In this document: positions 1 through 10,044 of the stretch, in pieces | Numbering within the stretch: position 1 is the stretch's first letter | Layout: each line of letters begins with the position of its first letter | Source of the DNA: Escherichia phage PLYYY01 | DNA: 57,025 bases | Sequence record: MZ911962.1 | Reading direction: 5' to 3' (one strand) | Notes under the pieces: model-generated | Seen by the model: only the letters and a program-made list of their open reading frames with translations | Told to the model about the DNA's origin: nothing | Databases searched by the model: none | Made by a program: the position numbers and the translations under genes

Positions 1-879
1 GTGAGCAACACAACTCCAGCAAGCGCGAAGTTTACCCCGTTTCGTGTAACGAGTTCCGGTCTGGATATTAACATTGCGACGCTGGAGTCTGAAGAACTGC
101 GTGATGACGCAGAAACCGCAGACTTCCGTCTTGGCGCTCGAAGCGTTGAAGGTACGGTAACAGGTGAAATGTCCTTCGGTACGTTTGACGACCTCATTGC
201 GGCAGCACTGCGCGGTGAATGGCAGGACAACGTCCTTAAAGGTGGTATTGTTCGCCAGTCATTTACTTTTGTAGACTATAACGCAGATCTGCCATCAGGT
301 AAATACACAATCTATCGCGGTTGTGAAGTTAACAGCATGACTTTCTCATTGTCTGCTGAAAACATGACCACAGTAGAGTTCGGCATTGTTGGTCGCTCGA
401 TGGAAATTGCGGAATCGCTCCCATCTGGTGCAACTATCAAAGACCGTACAACTACTTCACCGATGGACGGCTTCTCCGGTCGCTTGCTGGAAGGCGGTCA
501 GGAAATTAGCGTTATCACGGAAATCGGTCTTACCGTTGAAAACGATATCGCTCCGCGCTTCGTTGTCGGCTCGAAGTTCTCCATTGAACCGTCTGCTGGT
601 CGCCGTGCTGTAACTGGTACAGCTAACGTTTACTTCCTGGATAACAAACTGCGTATGAAGTATCTGGATGAAGTGGAAACTTCAATCAAGTTTGATCTGA
701 TCGACCCAAGCAATCCGGAACAAAAATACACTGTGGAAATCCCTCGCGTGAAATTCACTGAAGCTCCGCGTCCTATTGACGGTGAAGGGGATATCATGCT
801 TAATATGGGCTACCGCGGATTGCTGGACCCAACAACCGCAAGTTCCATCAAAATTACCCGCGTTTTAGCGGCAGCATAA
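1..879 (+). CDS. major tail (tube) protein
   Basis: 292-aa ORF starting with GTG at window position 1 (N-terminus could be cut by the window edge). Sits directly upstream of the chaperone and tape-measure genes in the conserved siphovirus order. No motif-level proof. Confidence 0.6.
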   Translation: MSNTTPASAKFTPFRVTSSGLDINIATLESEELRDDAETADFRLGARSVEGTVTGEMSFGTFDDLIAAALRGEWQDNVLKGGIVRQSFTFVDYNADLPSGKYTIYRGCEVNSMTFSLSAENMTTVEFGIVGRSMEIAESLPSGATIKDRTTTSPMDGFSGRLLEGGQEISVITEIGLTVENDIAPRFVVGSKFSIEPSAGRRAVTGTANVYFLDNKLRMKYLDEVETSIKFDLIDPSNPEQKYTVEIPRVKFTEAPRPIDGEGDIMLNMGYRGLLDPTTASSIKITRVLAAA

Positions 880-888
880 GGATAAGAA

Positions 889-1296
889 ATGACCGACACC
901 AAAAAAGCCAAAGTTGCAGTAGCTAAAAGCTTCCGTGATTTTAAAACTGTGAGCCGGGCAAATGATCCGGCAAACACTAAGCCTATGAATGTGGTTATTC
1001 CTGGTGTAGGCGACACTGGCGAAAAACTCTACATTCGTAGCCGCTACTGCACAGAGTATCGTGACGCAGAATTGAAAGCACAACGTCAACTGTTGGCACT
1101 TATGCAGGGTACAGACGGGGAAGTAACGGATGCTATGAAGGAAGATATCCTTACCCGTTCACTGTGTAATCTTGTAGCAGGTTGGACGTTTGACGAGCCT
1201 CCGACTGTTGACAACGTGTTTGAATTCTTAACGGAGAACCCAACTGTTCGAGAAGACCTTAACGTATTTGCCGCTAAAGATAGTAATTTTTTCTAA
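889..1296 (+). CDS. tail assembly chaperone (lambda G-like)
   Basis: 135-aa ORF with ATG at 889 preceded by AAGGA. Lies between the tail tube and tape-measure genes and ends in the slippery run TTTTTTC followed by TAA. Confidence 0.6.
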   Translation: MTDTKKAKVAVAKSFRDFKTVSRANDPANTKPMNVVIPGVGDTGEKLYIRSRYCTEYRDAELKAQRQLLALMQGTDGEVTDAMKEDILTRSLCNLVAGWTFDEPPTVDNVFEFLTENPTVREDLNVFAAKDSNFF

Positions 1297-1694
1297 AAGC
1301 GCGCAGACAGTTAATTGATAAGAAGATCCTCCAATGGGAACTAAATAGTAAAGTCCCCGGCGGGGGATCTTCTTTATTATCGCAACTGCAAAAGGTTGAG
1401 GAACAGTCTGGTAAGACGCCACCTAAGCTTAAAGAATATCGAGAAAAGGAAATACCGATTTGCTTCGAATATCTATCTACTCTATTTGATGATATTTACA
1501 CTGGAGGAGATTTTAGTTATACAGAATTGCACAGCTATCAAGTGACAATGGGCTTACATCTTCAACCGTACGAATGCGAAATACTGCGGCAGCTATGGCT
1601 TGAAAAGCGCGTGTCAGAAGCTGAACAAAATGCTAAACTCATGGAAAGTCAAATGCAAAATCAAAATAAAGGTAGAAGAAAAAGGAGAAGATAA
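889..1694 (+). CDS. tail assembly chaperone frameshift product (lambda GT-like), predicted -1 frameshift at 1287-1293
   Basis: The -1 frame is open for about 135 codons from 1287 to its TAA at 1692-1694 and has no start codon until codon 88. Heptamer T_TTT_TTC at 1287-1293 sits just before the G stop. The extension stop overlaps the tape-measure ATG (TAATG). Inverted repeat 1321-1329/1365-1373 lies downstream. Confidence 0.55.
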
Positions 1695-4600
1695 TGGCCG
1701 AAACCGCTTCGCTAGTAATCAGAGTTGACGCGAGAGGGATTAGTACCGCGGACTCTATGTTGCGGAACTTAGCGCGTACAGGTGACACAGCGGAGCGGTC
1801 TGCTCAACGTGTTACCTCCAGCTATAAAACATTGTCTAACACATCTAACGAACTTGCAACTGTCACAAGTCGTTTAGATGCTGCAATTGTAGGAATGATT
1901 AGCGTTGACACTATTAGCCGTGTTATATCGCTATCAGACTCCTGGACCATCCTTACCAACAAACTTGAACTAGCTCGTATGGGTAATGAAACCGTTGCGG
2001 ATTCCCAGCAACGTGTATTTGATATTGCCCAGCGTTCCCGTACCAGTTTAGAAGCAACTGCAACTCTGTACTCCCGTCTCCAGCGTGCAATGAAGAATAC
2101 TGGTATGACTGGTATGGAGCTTGGACGTATCACTGAAACAATTAACAAAGCGATGATTGTTTCCGGTGCAACGTCACATGAAGCAAGCGCTGCATTGATT
2201 CAGTTTTCGCAAGCGATGGCATCCGGTGTTCTGCGTGGGGATGAATTCCGCTCTGTTGCAGAACAAGCTCCGCGCTTAACTCAAATCATGTCCGATTCTT
2301 TAGGTGTTACCATTGGACAATTGCGTGAACTAGCCTACAGCGGCAAGTTAACCGCCGATGTGGTTATCAAATCGTTGTCTGGTGCTGCGGATACAATTGA
2401 TAAAGAATTTAGCCGCACTATGCCAACGTTCAACCAGCAATGGACAGTTGCAACAAACAACCTGACTAAGTTTATGGGCGAATCCCAAAAGACTCAAGGT
2501 GCTGTTGCTGCATTGGGACAGACGTTTGTTGCATTATCCGAAAACTTAGGAACGGTTGTAACGGTTGGTTCAGCTTTAGCCACAGTAATTACCGCCCGTA
2601 TCATCACGGCAATGCTGGCCAAGACTAAAGCGTCTATAGCTGCTGCAAAAGCATCTCAGATGGAAGCTGCACAGACTGCGGCAACTACTGCGGTTATGCA
2701 AAGTTCTATTGGCGTTACCGCACAGAAAGCGGCTGCGGATCGTGCCGCTTCGCTTGCAGCGTTACAGGTTGCTCGCGGGTCATTAGCGGTTGCTAAGGGC
2801 ACGGCAGCGGAAGCAGGTGCTCGTCTTGCGCTTATTAATGCTACCCGTGCCCATTCTGCGGCAATTATGGCGGACGTACAGGCGCGGCAGGCGCTCAATG
2901 CTGCTCTTAATGCAACTGTACCAGCCGCAAGCCGGGCAGCTACAGCAATGAGCGTGCTGCGCGGTGCTATGGGGTTAATTGGTGGTCCTGTTGGTGTAGC
3001 AATGCTGGCAGCGGGTGCAATTTACTCCTATAAAGCGTCGCTGGAAGCTGGTCGTGCGGAAAACAATCAGTTTGCAGATAGTGTTGATAGTGTACGCGAA
3101 AAACTGATGCAAATGACGGAAGCTCAGCTGGCAGCTAACGCTGTCAAAGCTAGAGCAATCCTTCCGGAACTTGAAGAGCAAATGAAGCGCGAGCAAACCG
3201 CTCTTAAATCTGCAACGGAAACGCAGAAGTTCTATGAAGCACAATTGAAGCGTCGAGCTGAATCCGGTCGAGATACTGCTAGTGCGGAAAAGAACTTACA
3301 GATTGCTACGGATAACGTCAAGCTAGCTGCTGAACGCGCGGAAGACGCACAACGTCGATATAACAATGTGCTTGAAATGACAAGCCCCGCTATCGAGAAG
3401 ATAATCCCGTTAGCTCGTCAGCTTGCTGCTGATATGAAGGCTGTTCTTAACATCAAATCCGGTCCGCTTATTGACGAGAAAGTTCTTGATCGTTTTAAAA
3501 CTCAGCTAGGTGACGTTAACCGTGAGATTGACGTTAACGCTGTTAAGGGTGCTGGTAATGCTCGTCAATCTGCAATCCTTAGAGGTCTGTATCAAACACT
3601 AGGTAAAGATGCAGACACCTACGGAAGTCTGATTCGCAAAGTAGCTATGGGTCAGGACGTTAGCTCAGAGGCAACAAGCGAGTCCGCTAAAGAGCTTGTT
3701 AAATATGCTCAAGATTTAGCCCAAGCTCTTGGCAAAAACTACGATCTTGAAGAAGCAGAGAGAAACCGGACTAAAGCTACAAAAGACGCTATTAAGGCAG
3801 ATCAACAAAACGCTAAGGTTATTGACGATTTACGAAACAAGCTTAACGAAGTAACCACAGGGGTTAAGGAAAACGCCAAAGCGAAAGCGCAAGCGGTAGC
3901 ACTTAATAAGCTCAATGCGTCTGCAACGGCTGCGGAAAAAGCGGAAGTTGTTAGACTTGCTGCTGCAATCTACGATGCAGAAGAAGCTCAAAAGAAACTG
4001 GACGAGCGTAAGAAGAATCGTAAGTTTGCTCAGGGTCTGTTAGATGAAGGTATGACAGACTATGAAAAAATCGCGTACGAGCAAAATACAAAGATTGCAG
4101 AGCTTAATGCAAAACAACGAGCCGATGATCTAGCTTACTATCAGCTTTACGAAGATGCTAAAACACAAGTCCTGAAGAAAGCAAGTATGGAAAGGGAAAA
4201 CCTGGATAAAGTTCTTATGAACAGGATGATATCCTTTTCTCAAGAATCGTTGGGTGTTATATTGTCAGGTCTGGAAGAAGGTGTTAGTAAACAGAACTTT
4301 ATTTATAAAGCAATGTTTGCAGCACAGAAAGCAATGCAAATTCCCTCAATTCTTGCTAACACGGAAACAGCGGCATCTGCGGCGCTTGCGTGGGGTACAC
4401 AGCAAGGCGGTGCTACAATGGGCGCAGCTATGGCTGGTATAGTAAAAGCTATGGGTTATGCGTCGGCTGCTACTGTGGGTGGCTTAGCAATTGCCGGCAT
4501 GGCACACGACGGTATTGATAATGTTCCGCGCGAAGGTACATGGTTATTGGATAAAGGTGAACGTGTACTTAATGCTCCGTCTAATGACAAGTTAAACCGC

Positions 4601-4810
4601 TTCCTGGATAGCCAGGCTTCACAACAAGGTGGCGTGAATATGTCCGGTGGTGTTAGCATTGTTCAGTATATCACGGTGCAAGGAAATGGCGATGCTGCAC
4701 TCACGCAAGCCATGCAGCAAGCGGCTCGTGATGGCGCGGAGCAGGGATATAATAAAGTTCTTACTGACTTTGCATCCCGAGGAACAATTCGTAGAACTGC
4801 AATGGGGTAA
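1694..4810 (+). CDS. tail tape measure protein
   Basis: 1038-aa ORF, Ala-rich with long coiled-coil-like central region and Gly-rich hydrophobic C-terminal segment; position after the G/GT chaperone. Confidence 0.85.
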   Translation: MAETASLVIRVDARGISTADSMLRNLARTGDTAERSAQRVTSSYKTLSNTSNELATVTSRLDAAIVGMISVDTISRVISLSDSWTILTNKLELARMGNETVADSQQRVFDIAQRSRTSLEATATLYSRLQRAMKNTGMTGMELGRITETINKAMIVSGATSHEASAALIQFSQAMASGVLRGDEFRSVAEQAPRLTQIMSDSLGVTIGQLRELAYSGKLTADVVIKSLSGAADTIDKEFSRTMPTFNQQWTVATNNLTKFMGESQKTQGAVAALGQTFVALSENLGTVVTVGSALATVITARIITAMLAKTKASIAAAKASQMEAAQTAATTAVMQSSIGVTAQKAAADRAASLAALQVARGSLAVAKGTAAEAGARLALINATRAHSAAIMADVQARQALNAALNATVPAASRAATAMSVLRGAMGLIGGPVGVAMLAAGAIYSYKASLEAGRAENNQFADSVDSVREKLMQMTEAQLAANAVKARAILPELEEQMKREQTALKSATETQKFYEAQLKRRAESGRDTASAEKNLQIATDNVKLAAERAEDAQRRYNNVLEMTSPAIEKIIPLARQLAADMKAVLNIKSGPLIDEKVLDRFKTQLGDVNREIDVNAVKGAGNARQSAILRGLYQTLGKDADTYGSLIRKVAMGQDVSSEATSESAKELVKYAQDLAQALGKNYDLEEAERNRTKATKDAIKADQQNAKVIDDLRNKLNEVTTGVKENAKAKAQAVALNKLNASATAAEKAEVVRLAAAIYDAEEAQKKLDERKKNRKFAQGLLDEGMTDYEKIAYEQNTKIAELNAKQRADDLAYYQLYEDAKTQVLKKASMERENLDKVLMNRMISFSQESLGVILSGLEEGVSKQNFIYKAMFAAQKAMQIPSILANTETAASAALAWGTQQGGATMGAAMAGIVKAMGYASAATVGGLAIAGMAHDGIDNVPREGTWLLDKGERVLNAPSNDKLNRFLDSQASQQGGVNMSGGVSIVQYITVQGNGDAALTQAMQQAARDGAEQGYNKVLTDFASRGTIRRTAMG

Positions 4811-4813
4811 TAT

Positions 4814-5398
4814 ATGCTCACTTGGCCCGAAGAGCTTAGACCATCTGAAATGGAATGGTATCTAGTTTCAAACGCTGTAGAATTTACAAGCCCCTTCAAT
4901 GGGGCTTCCCAAACTGTGTCCTATCCTGGATCGCGATGGGAAGCTACGCTAACCTTTAGCAATTTAAATGACTGGCAATCCAGAAAGCTTGAATCGACGT
5001 TAGCTAAACTTGATGGTAAAGCTGGTCGAATCATGCTTCAGGATTTTGGTCGATGGGGGCGTGCGCCAATCGGAGCACCTGTGGTTAATGGTGCAAACAA
5101 TACAGGGACAACTTTATCTACCAAAGGGTGGAGTCCAAACCGCAAGGTTTTATGGGAAGGGGATTACATCGCTGTAAACAATGAATTGAAATTAATAACA
5201 GAAGATGCTTGGAGCGATGCTTCCGGTAACGTAATCCTAAATATTGCACCTATGCTGAGGAGTATTCCTCCAAACGGTGCTAAGATTGAAACTCAGAAGC
5301 CACAAGGAGCTTTCCGGTTAGCAGAAAATACTAACGGAGTTAAACGTCAACCTGCTTTTAATAACTCCTTTACTTTAAAATTTTCGGAGGCATTCTAA
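4814..5398 (+). CDS. minor tail protein (lambda M-like / distal tail)
   Basis: 194-aa ORF immediately after the tape measure; call by gene order only. Confidence 0.45.
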   Translation: MLTWPEELRPSEMEWYLVSNAVEFTSPFNGASQTVSYPGSRWEATLTFSNLNDWQSRKLESTLAKLDGKAGRIMLQDFGRWGRAPIGAPVVNGANNTGTTLSTKGWSPNRKVLWEGDYIAVNNELKLITEDAWSDASGNVILNIAPMLRSIPPNGAKIETQKPQGAFRLAENTNGVKRQPAFNNSFTLKFSEAF

Positions 5399-5982
5399 TG
5401 CTATTCAGTCCATTCAGCGATGACCTTCTTAGTGCAATGGAACAACCGAACGTTGCATTGGTGCTGGCTGCGGAAATAGATTTCCCGTCCGGTGTAACAA
5501 GGGTTCATACAGGAACAGGAACTGTTATTATTAACGGTCAGACTTTTCTTGGAGTAGGCACACTTGGGGATGTTGGTTCAGTTACCGAAGAGAACAGCAC
5601 AAGCTCAAGTACAATGTCTATGGTGCTTAGCGGCCTAGATATGAGTCTTGTAGGTGAAACTTTAAACGAAGAAGTTATCGGATGTAATGTTGTCTGCTAT
5701 CTTGCAGTAATGAACGATCAAGGCGTTGTTACTGGCGCCAACGTATTATTTGAAGGGTTTATTACAGATACATCCTTACAAGCAGGTCAACAAAATGCAT
5801 TGAGTTATGTCATTGCCAACGTGTTTGAGCGTTGGTCGCAAGGTTTACCGGATCGCTATACAGATGAAAGTCAACAGCGTTTGTATTCAGGTGATCGCTT
5901 TTTTAGATATGTCGCACAAATGGCCGAACGTTCAATCTTTTGGGGGAGTAAAAAAGATGCGCCAGGATTCACCTATGAGTAA
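5398..5982 (+). CDS. minor tail protein (lambda L-like)
   Basis: 194-aa ORF whose start overlaps the previous stop (ATG at 5398); call by position in tail module. Confidence 0.45.
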   Translation: MLFSPFSDDLLSAMEQPNVALVLAAEIDFPSGVTRVHTGTGTVIINGQTFLGVGTLGDVGSVTEENSTSSSTMSMVLSGLDMSLVGETLNEEVIGCNVVCYLAVMNDQGVVTGANVLFEGFITDTSLQAGQQNALSYVIANVFERWSQGLPDRYTDESQQRLYSGDRFFRYVAQMAERSIFWGSKKDAPGFTYE

Positions 5983-6391
5983 ATTACCAGGCTGGCAGAC
6001 ACGTTTATTAACCACAGTAAAGGAGTTGTCATCGACTCCTTTCTCTTGGGGAGAAAACGATTGTTGTACGTTTGCTGCTAAATGTGTTGATGCGCAATAT
6101 GGTACTAATATCTATGAACAGATAGCTGGTAAATATACCACCGAACTTGGAAGCAGACGGTTTTCAATTGAAAAGGTTGGAACAGCTTACCTTCCAACAT
6201 TGCTGGATGCTTACCTAAGCGAGCGGGTTGATAAAAATTTTGCGCAACGCGGCGATGTGGTTACATTTGAGGGAGCATTGGGCATAACTGCTGGCATATT
6301 ATGGACTGGATATGTATGGGCTATGGGTCCGAACGGTGTGGAAACTTTCCCGCTTAATAAGATCAAAATTACGGATATTTGGAGGGTCTAA
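5957..6391 (+). CDS. tail assembly protein K-like, NlpC/P60-type cysteine peptidase fold
   Basis: ATG at 5957 preceded by GGGGGAG. Product begins MRQDSPMSKLPGW and contains the NDCC Cys motif typical of NlpC/P60-like tail proteins. The ORF-track start at 5807 would overlap the upstream gene. Confidence 0.5.
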   Translation: MRQDSPMSKLPGWQTRLLTTVKELSSTPFSWGENDCCTFAAKCVDAQYGTNIYEQIAGKYTTELGSRRFSIEKVGTAYLPTLLDAYLSERVDKNFAQRGDVVTFEGALGITAGILWTGYVWAMGPNGVETFPLNKIKITDIWRV

Positions 6392-9042
6392 TGCCACCAG
6401 CAATAATTGGAGCAGCAATAGCTTTAGGCGCATCCGCTGCCGCTGCGGCGGGCTGGATTGCTACGGGTGTAGCTTTGGCCATTGGTATGGCTGCGACTGC
6501 GGCAGGTGCTCTTTTAACTAAGACACCCAATATGAACTTTAATGCATATAAAGGCCAGCAAGAACGTAAGCAGGTTCTACGGGCAGCCGCAGCTCCTCGT
6601 ACCGTAGTATATGGGACAACCGTTGCTTCCGGTGTTATGGTGTTTGCGGAGGAACAGCCTGGAGAACAGGACGAAGATGAACTGCTGCATATGGCGTTAG
6701 TTATTGCGGGACATCCTTTGGATGGGATTGGTGATATTTGGCTTGGGGACGATCCTGTTCAAACTTTTGAAGATTATGTCACTTGGGAGTTTCATAACAA
6801 CCGTCAGACAGTAGACCCTTTCATGAAAAAGAATTGTCCTTCGTGGAAGGATGATATGATTGGAAAAGGGATTGCGTGGCTTCGTATTAGTTTTAAATTT
6901 AACGCAGAAAAATTCCCTTCAGGTTTGCCGAACGTCAAAATGCTAAAACGAGGTCGACGTATATATGACCCACGTTCCGGTCAAACTGTATTTAGTGATA
7001 ATGCTGCTTTAGTAATACTCGATTACTTCCGCACTTACCTGAAACGTAAAGACGAAAATATTAACTGGGACCAGTTTAAAGAAGCAGCTAATATCTGCGA
7101 TGAATACGTTGCTAATGCTGATGGTTCTACCGAGAAACGCTATAGGATTAATGGTGAGTTTGAAGTAGACGAAGCCCCTTCTAAGATCCTGGATGCCATG
7201 CTACAAGCTTGCGGTGGCGAACTGACATATGTAGCGGGTAAACATGGTTTGCTTGTGGGCGCATATTACGGTCCGGCTACAATGACGCTTGATGAAAGTT
7301 GCATTGCTGGGGATATTAAAATTGTTCCGGAGACTTCTTACAAGGAACGTACAAACACCATTACAGGGACATTTATCGACCCGAAGCAAAACTATGTTGA
7401 AGCTGACTTCCCTCCAGTTGTGGTTAAGGAATGGGTGGAAAAGGATGGCGGAGAAATAACTCAGGACATGGATTTCCGTTTTGTTGCCAGCGAGTACCAA
7501 GCGCAACGTTTAGCTAATATTATTTTACGTCGTAAACGTGTTGGGCGCACAATTGAAATTCCTTGCAACATGAAGGGTTATAAGTTCCGTCCAGGAATGT
7601 ATGTAAAAGTTACTATTAGTCAGATTGGCATGAAGAATGTCGAAATGCGTGTTACCAAATGGTCCTTTAATCCTAAAGGTGGAGTTACCCTTACTTTACG
7701 TCAAGACTTCCTGGAGATGTGGGACGATGCTATTGGTAAACCTATGGAGCGTCCGGATCTTGTAGATTTGCCAAGTGGTGGTGTTGCTCAACCTCAAAAC
7801 CTTCAGTACCAAATATTACAGATCAGCGATGTTGTGCAGGGGGTTTTATCCTGGACCAATATGGGGCAGGTTGCGTATAACCGCGTAGCCGTGCGACAGG
7901 GGGGTACAACTATTTGGACTGCACAAGTCCCTGGCCAAAGTGTTCGCGTTACTGGGTTGCTGCGGGGCGCGTATACAGCACATGTTCAAGCGGTATCCTA
8001 TAGCGGCGCGGTGTCACCAGAAGCCTATCTGGAATTTAATATCCAGGCGCCACCTCCGCCAACGTCTGTTGAAGTCCAACAGGGTTACTTTGCAATAAGC
8101 TTAATTCCTAAGTCAGCAGACATTTCAAACGTTAGTACACAATATGACTTCTGGACTTCTGGTGAAACAAGACTTTCTTCTGCATCTACGGATGTTGTAG
8201 AACGCGATGCAACTCGTAAAGGTATGGGTACAACATGGACTTCCGAAGGGTTGAAGAATGACCACACTTATTATTGGTACGTCCGCACTATCAACGCATT
8301 TGGATCGTCTGCATTTGTAGAAGTTGCTGCATTATGTTTCACAACAGCTACAGAACTAATGCCACAGATTGATGCAGAACTCAAAAAGACGGAAACATTC
8401 AAAGAGCTTACTGCTGAAATTACAGGCGTTAAAGATGGTGTTACCCAACTCAGTCAAACTGTAGTAGAAACTGAACAACGTTTAAGTCAAAGCATTAGCA
8501 GCGTCCAGGAAAGCCTGAACGATGTTAGCGCGACTGTACAGGAGACAAGTAAAGCAGTTGTTGATCTGGAAGGTAACGTTAACGCTCAATGGGGCGCTAA
8601 GGTACAAGTTGACAGTAAAGGGCAAAAATACGTCGCTGGTATCCAGTTAGGTATGGAGGGCTCCGGTGGTGCTGTTCAATCTTACTTCATGGTAAGCGCA
8701 AACAACTTTGCTGTTTATAACCCAACAAACAGTGTAGCAGAATTAGCCTTTGCCGTTAAGAACGGCCAAGTATTCATGAAAGCTGCATTTATTGAAAACG
8801 GTACTATTGACAGCGCTAAGATATCAAACCAAATCCAATCTACAAACTATGCTAGCGGTAGTGCTGGTTGGATGATCAATAAAAATGGTACTGCGCAGTT
8901 CAATAACGTTACTATCCGCGGGACAGTATACGCTAATGCAGGTCAATTTGGCTTTAATGGTAATGGGGGTATAACAATCAATAGTAACGGGATTACCGTT
9001 CCGCTATCCGGTGGAGGTAAGGTTGTAGTCGGTAGATGGTAA
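6379..9042 (+). CDS. tail tip / host specificity protein (lambda J-like) with N-terminal I-like hydrophobic segment
   Basis: 887-aa ORF. The C-terminal half resembles lambda J as I recall it (fibronectin-III-like repeats, YYWYVRTINAFGSSAFVEV, KYVAGIQLGMEG). The first ~60 residues are Gly/Ala-rich and hydrophobic like the C-terminus of lambda tail protein I. Confidence 0.75.
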   Translation: MEGLMPPAIIGAAIALGASAAAAAGWIATGVALAIGMAATAAGALLTKTPNMNFNAYKGQQERKQVLRAAAAPRTVVYGTTVASGVMVFAEEQPGEQDEDELLHMALVIAGHPLDGIGDIWLGDDPVQTFEDYVTWEFHNNRQTVDPFMKKNCPSWKDDMIGKGIAWLRISFKFNAEKFPSGLPNVKMLKRGRRIYDPRSGQTVFSDNAALVILDYFRTYLKRKDENINWDQFKEAANICDEYVANADGSTEKRYRINGEFEVDEAPSKILDAMLQACGGELTYVAGKHGLLVGAYYGPATMTLDESCIAGDIKIVPETSYKERTNTITGTFIDPKQNYVEADFPPVVVKEWVEKDGGEITQDMDFRFVASEYQAQRLANIILRRKRVGRTIEIPCNMKGYKFRPGMYVKVTISQIGMKNVEMRVTKWSFNPKGGVTLTLRQDFLEMWDDAIGKPMERPDLVDLPSGGVAQPQNLQYQILQISDVVQGVLSWTNMGQVAYNRVAVRQGGTTIWTAQVPGQSVRVTGLLRGAYTAHVQAVSYSGAVSPEAYLEFNIQAPPPPTSVEVQQGYFAISLIPKSADISNVSTQYDFWTSGETRLSSASTDVVERDATRKGMGTTWTSEGLKNDHTYYWYVRTINAFGSSAFVEVAALCFTTATELMPQIDAELKKTETFKELTAEITGVKDGVTQLSQTVVETEQRLSQSISSVQESLNDVSATVQETSKAVVDLEGNVNAQWGAKVQVDSKGQKYVAGIQLGMEGSGGAVQSYFMVSANNFAVYNPTNSVAELAFAVKNGQVFMKAAFIENGTIDSAKISNQIQSTNYASGSAGWMINKNGTAQFNNVTIRGTVYANAGQFGFNGNGGITINSNGITVPLSGGGKVVVGRW

Positions 9043-9045
9043 CAA

Positions 9046-9065
9046 AAAGGGGCGGAAGCCCCTTT
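9046..9065. terminator. bidirectional intrinsic terminator between convergent genes
   Basis: Perfect hairpin AAAGGGGC-GGAA-GCCCCTTT with A-run on one side and T-run on the other, between the J-like stop (9042) and the minus-strand ORF end (9064). Confidence 0.6.
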
Positions 9066-10044
9066 AATACATATTGGGCAATGCAATGATTGGAGTTGGG
9101 GTAACAATGTTTCTTTCTGGCGGTCTTAGGGACGGTGAATAATAGTTTCCTATCACCTTGTTCCTTTCAGCCCTGACCTTATTCCCATACATGCGGATAC
9201 CGTTATATCTTACATGATCGTAACCACCATTGTATACGTTCTTCATTCCATAATATGCAAGTTGAATTAACCTGTTTCCAATATCCTGATCGCTTGTTGT
9301 TAAAGTTAAAGTTTTATCAAATAAGAATGGTTTCTTTACTGTGGAGAATGTAACTTGCCCAGCGGTATTTGTCATCGTAATACCGTCACCTGCTACTGGT
9401 GGCGTATTATTAAATATTACTAGCTCCATCGTAACACTGGCAGCAACATCATCCCTACCAGTGTAGGAGATGTCCCGAACTATAATGTTAGTGCCATCAA
9501 AGCCAACAGAAACGTTAGCAGAGTTCCACCTTGCAAAAGGAATACCGGATACAGGCAATTTTAAGCTACCATTAACCGTAACGCTTTTAGCGTACTGACA
9601 GGTCATTAATTTTGCATTATTTGAAATCGCTGTGAAGTTAGTAGAGTTGGACACAAATAAGCCAGTGTTGTATGTAGCGGCAGGTAATACTTCCATGATA
9701 GACCCCGCCCATTGTGGAAGTTTTCCGGTGTACCCAAAAGGGTTCCCGCCTTTCAGAATAACACCGGAGTTACCATTCCTGGAAATAGAAGAGATATAGA
9801 ATGGTGAAGGAACGACAAGACCCTGATCGTATACTTCAAATATTTCAACGGGCTTTGTAGGTATTACAAAAACTTGGGAACCTGAAGTAAGGGTTGTATT
9901 AATCGTTAACGTTTGATCGGACTGACAACGCTGATTAAAGTTGGCACAAAAAGATAAAGCCCGTAGACCGGACGTTATTTGCATTGCAGGTCTTCCGTCA
10001 TTGTAGTTTATGTAAATACCTTCAGGCATTATAGACTCCAACAA
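9064..10044 (-). CDS. hypothetical Ser/Thr/Asn/Gly-rich protein on the opposite strand inside the tail module (possible fiber or receptor-binding accessory)
   Basis: 326-aa minus-strand ORF bounded by the hairpin at 9046-9065 and a divergent intergenic region at 10045-10154. No signal peptide seen. Function not inferable. Confidence 0.4.
   Translation of the reverse strand: MLESIMPEGIYINYNDGRPAMQITSGLRALSFCANFNQRCQSDQTLTINTTLTSGSQVFVIPTKPVEIFEVYDQGLVVPSPFYISSISRNGNSGVILKGGNPFGYTGKLPQWAGSIMEVLPAATYNTGLFVSNSTNFTAISNNAKLMTCQYAKSVTVNGSLKLPVSGIPFARWNSANVSVGFDGTNIIVRDISYTGRDDVAASVTMELVIFNNTPPVAGDGITMTNTAGQVTFSTVKKPFLFDKTLTLTTSDQDIGNRLIQLAYYGMKNVYNGGYDHVRYNGIRMYGNKVRAERNKVIGNYYSPSLRPPERNIVTPTPIIALPNMY

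Noticed and set aside
1822-4899. Multiple 60-110-aa ORFs antisense or out of frame within the tape measure gene
   Set aside because: Fully contained in a long well-supported gene and have biased, non-protein-like composition.
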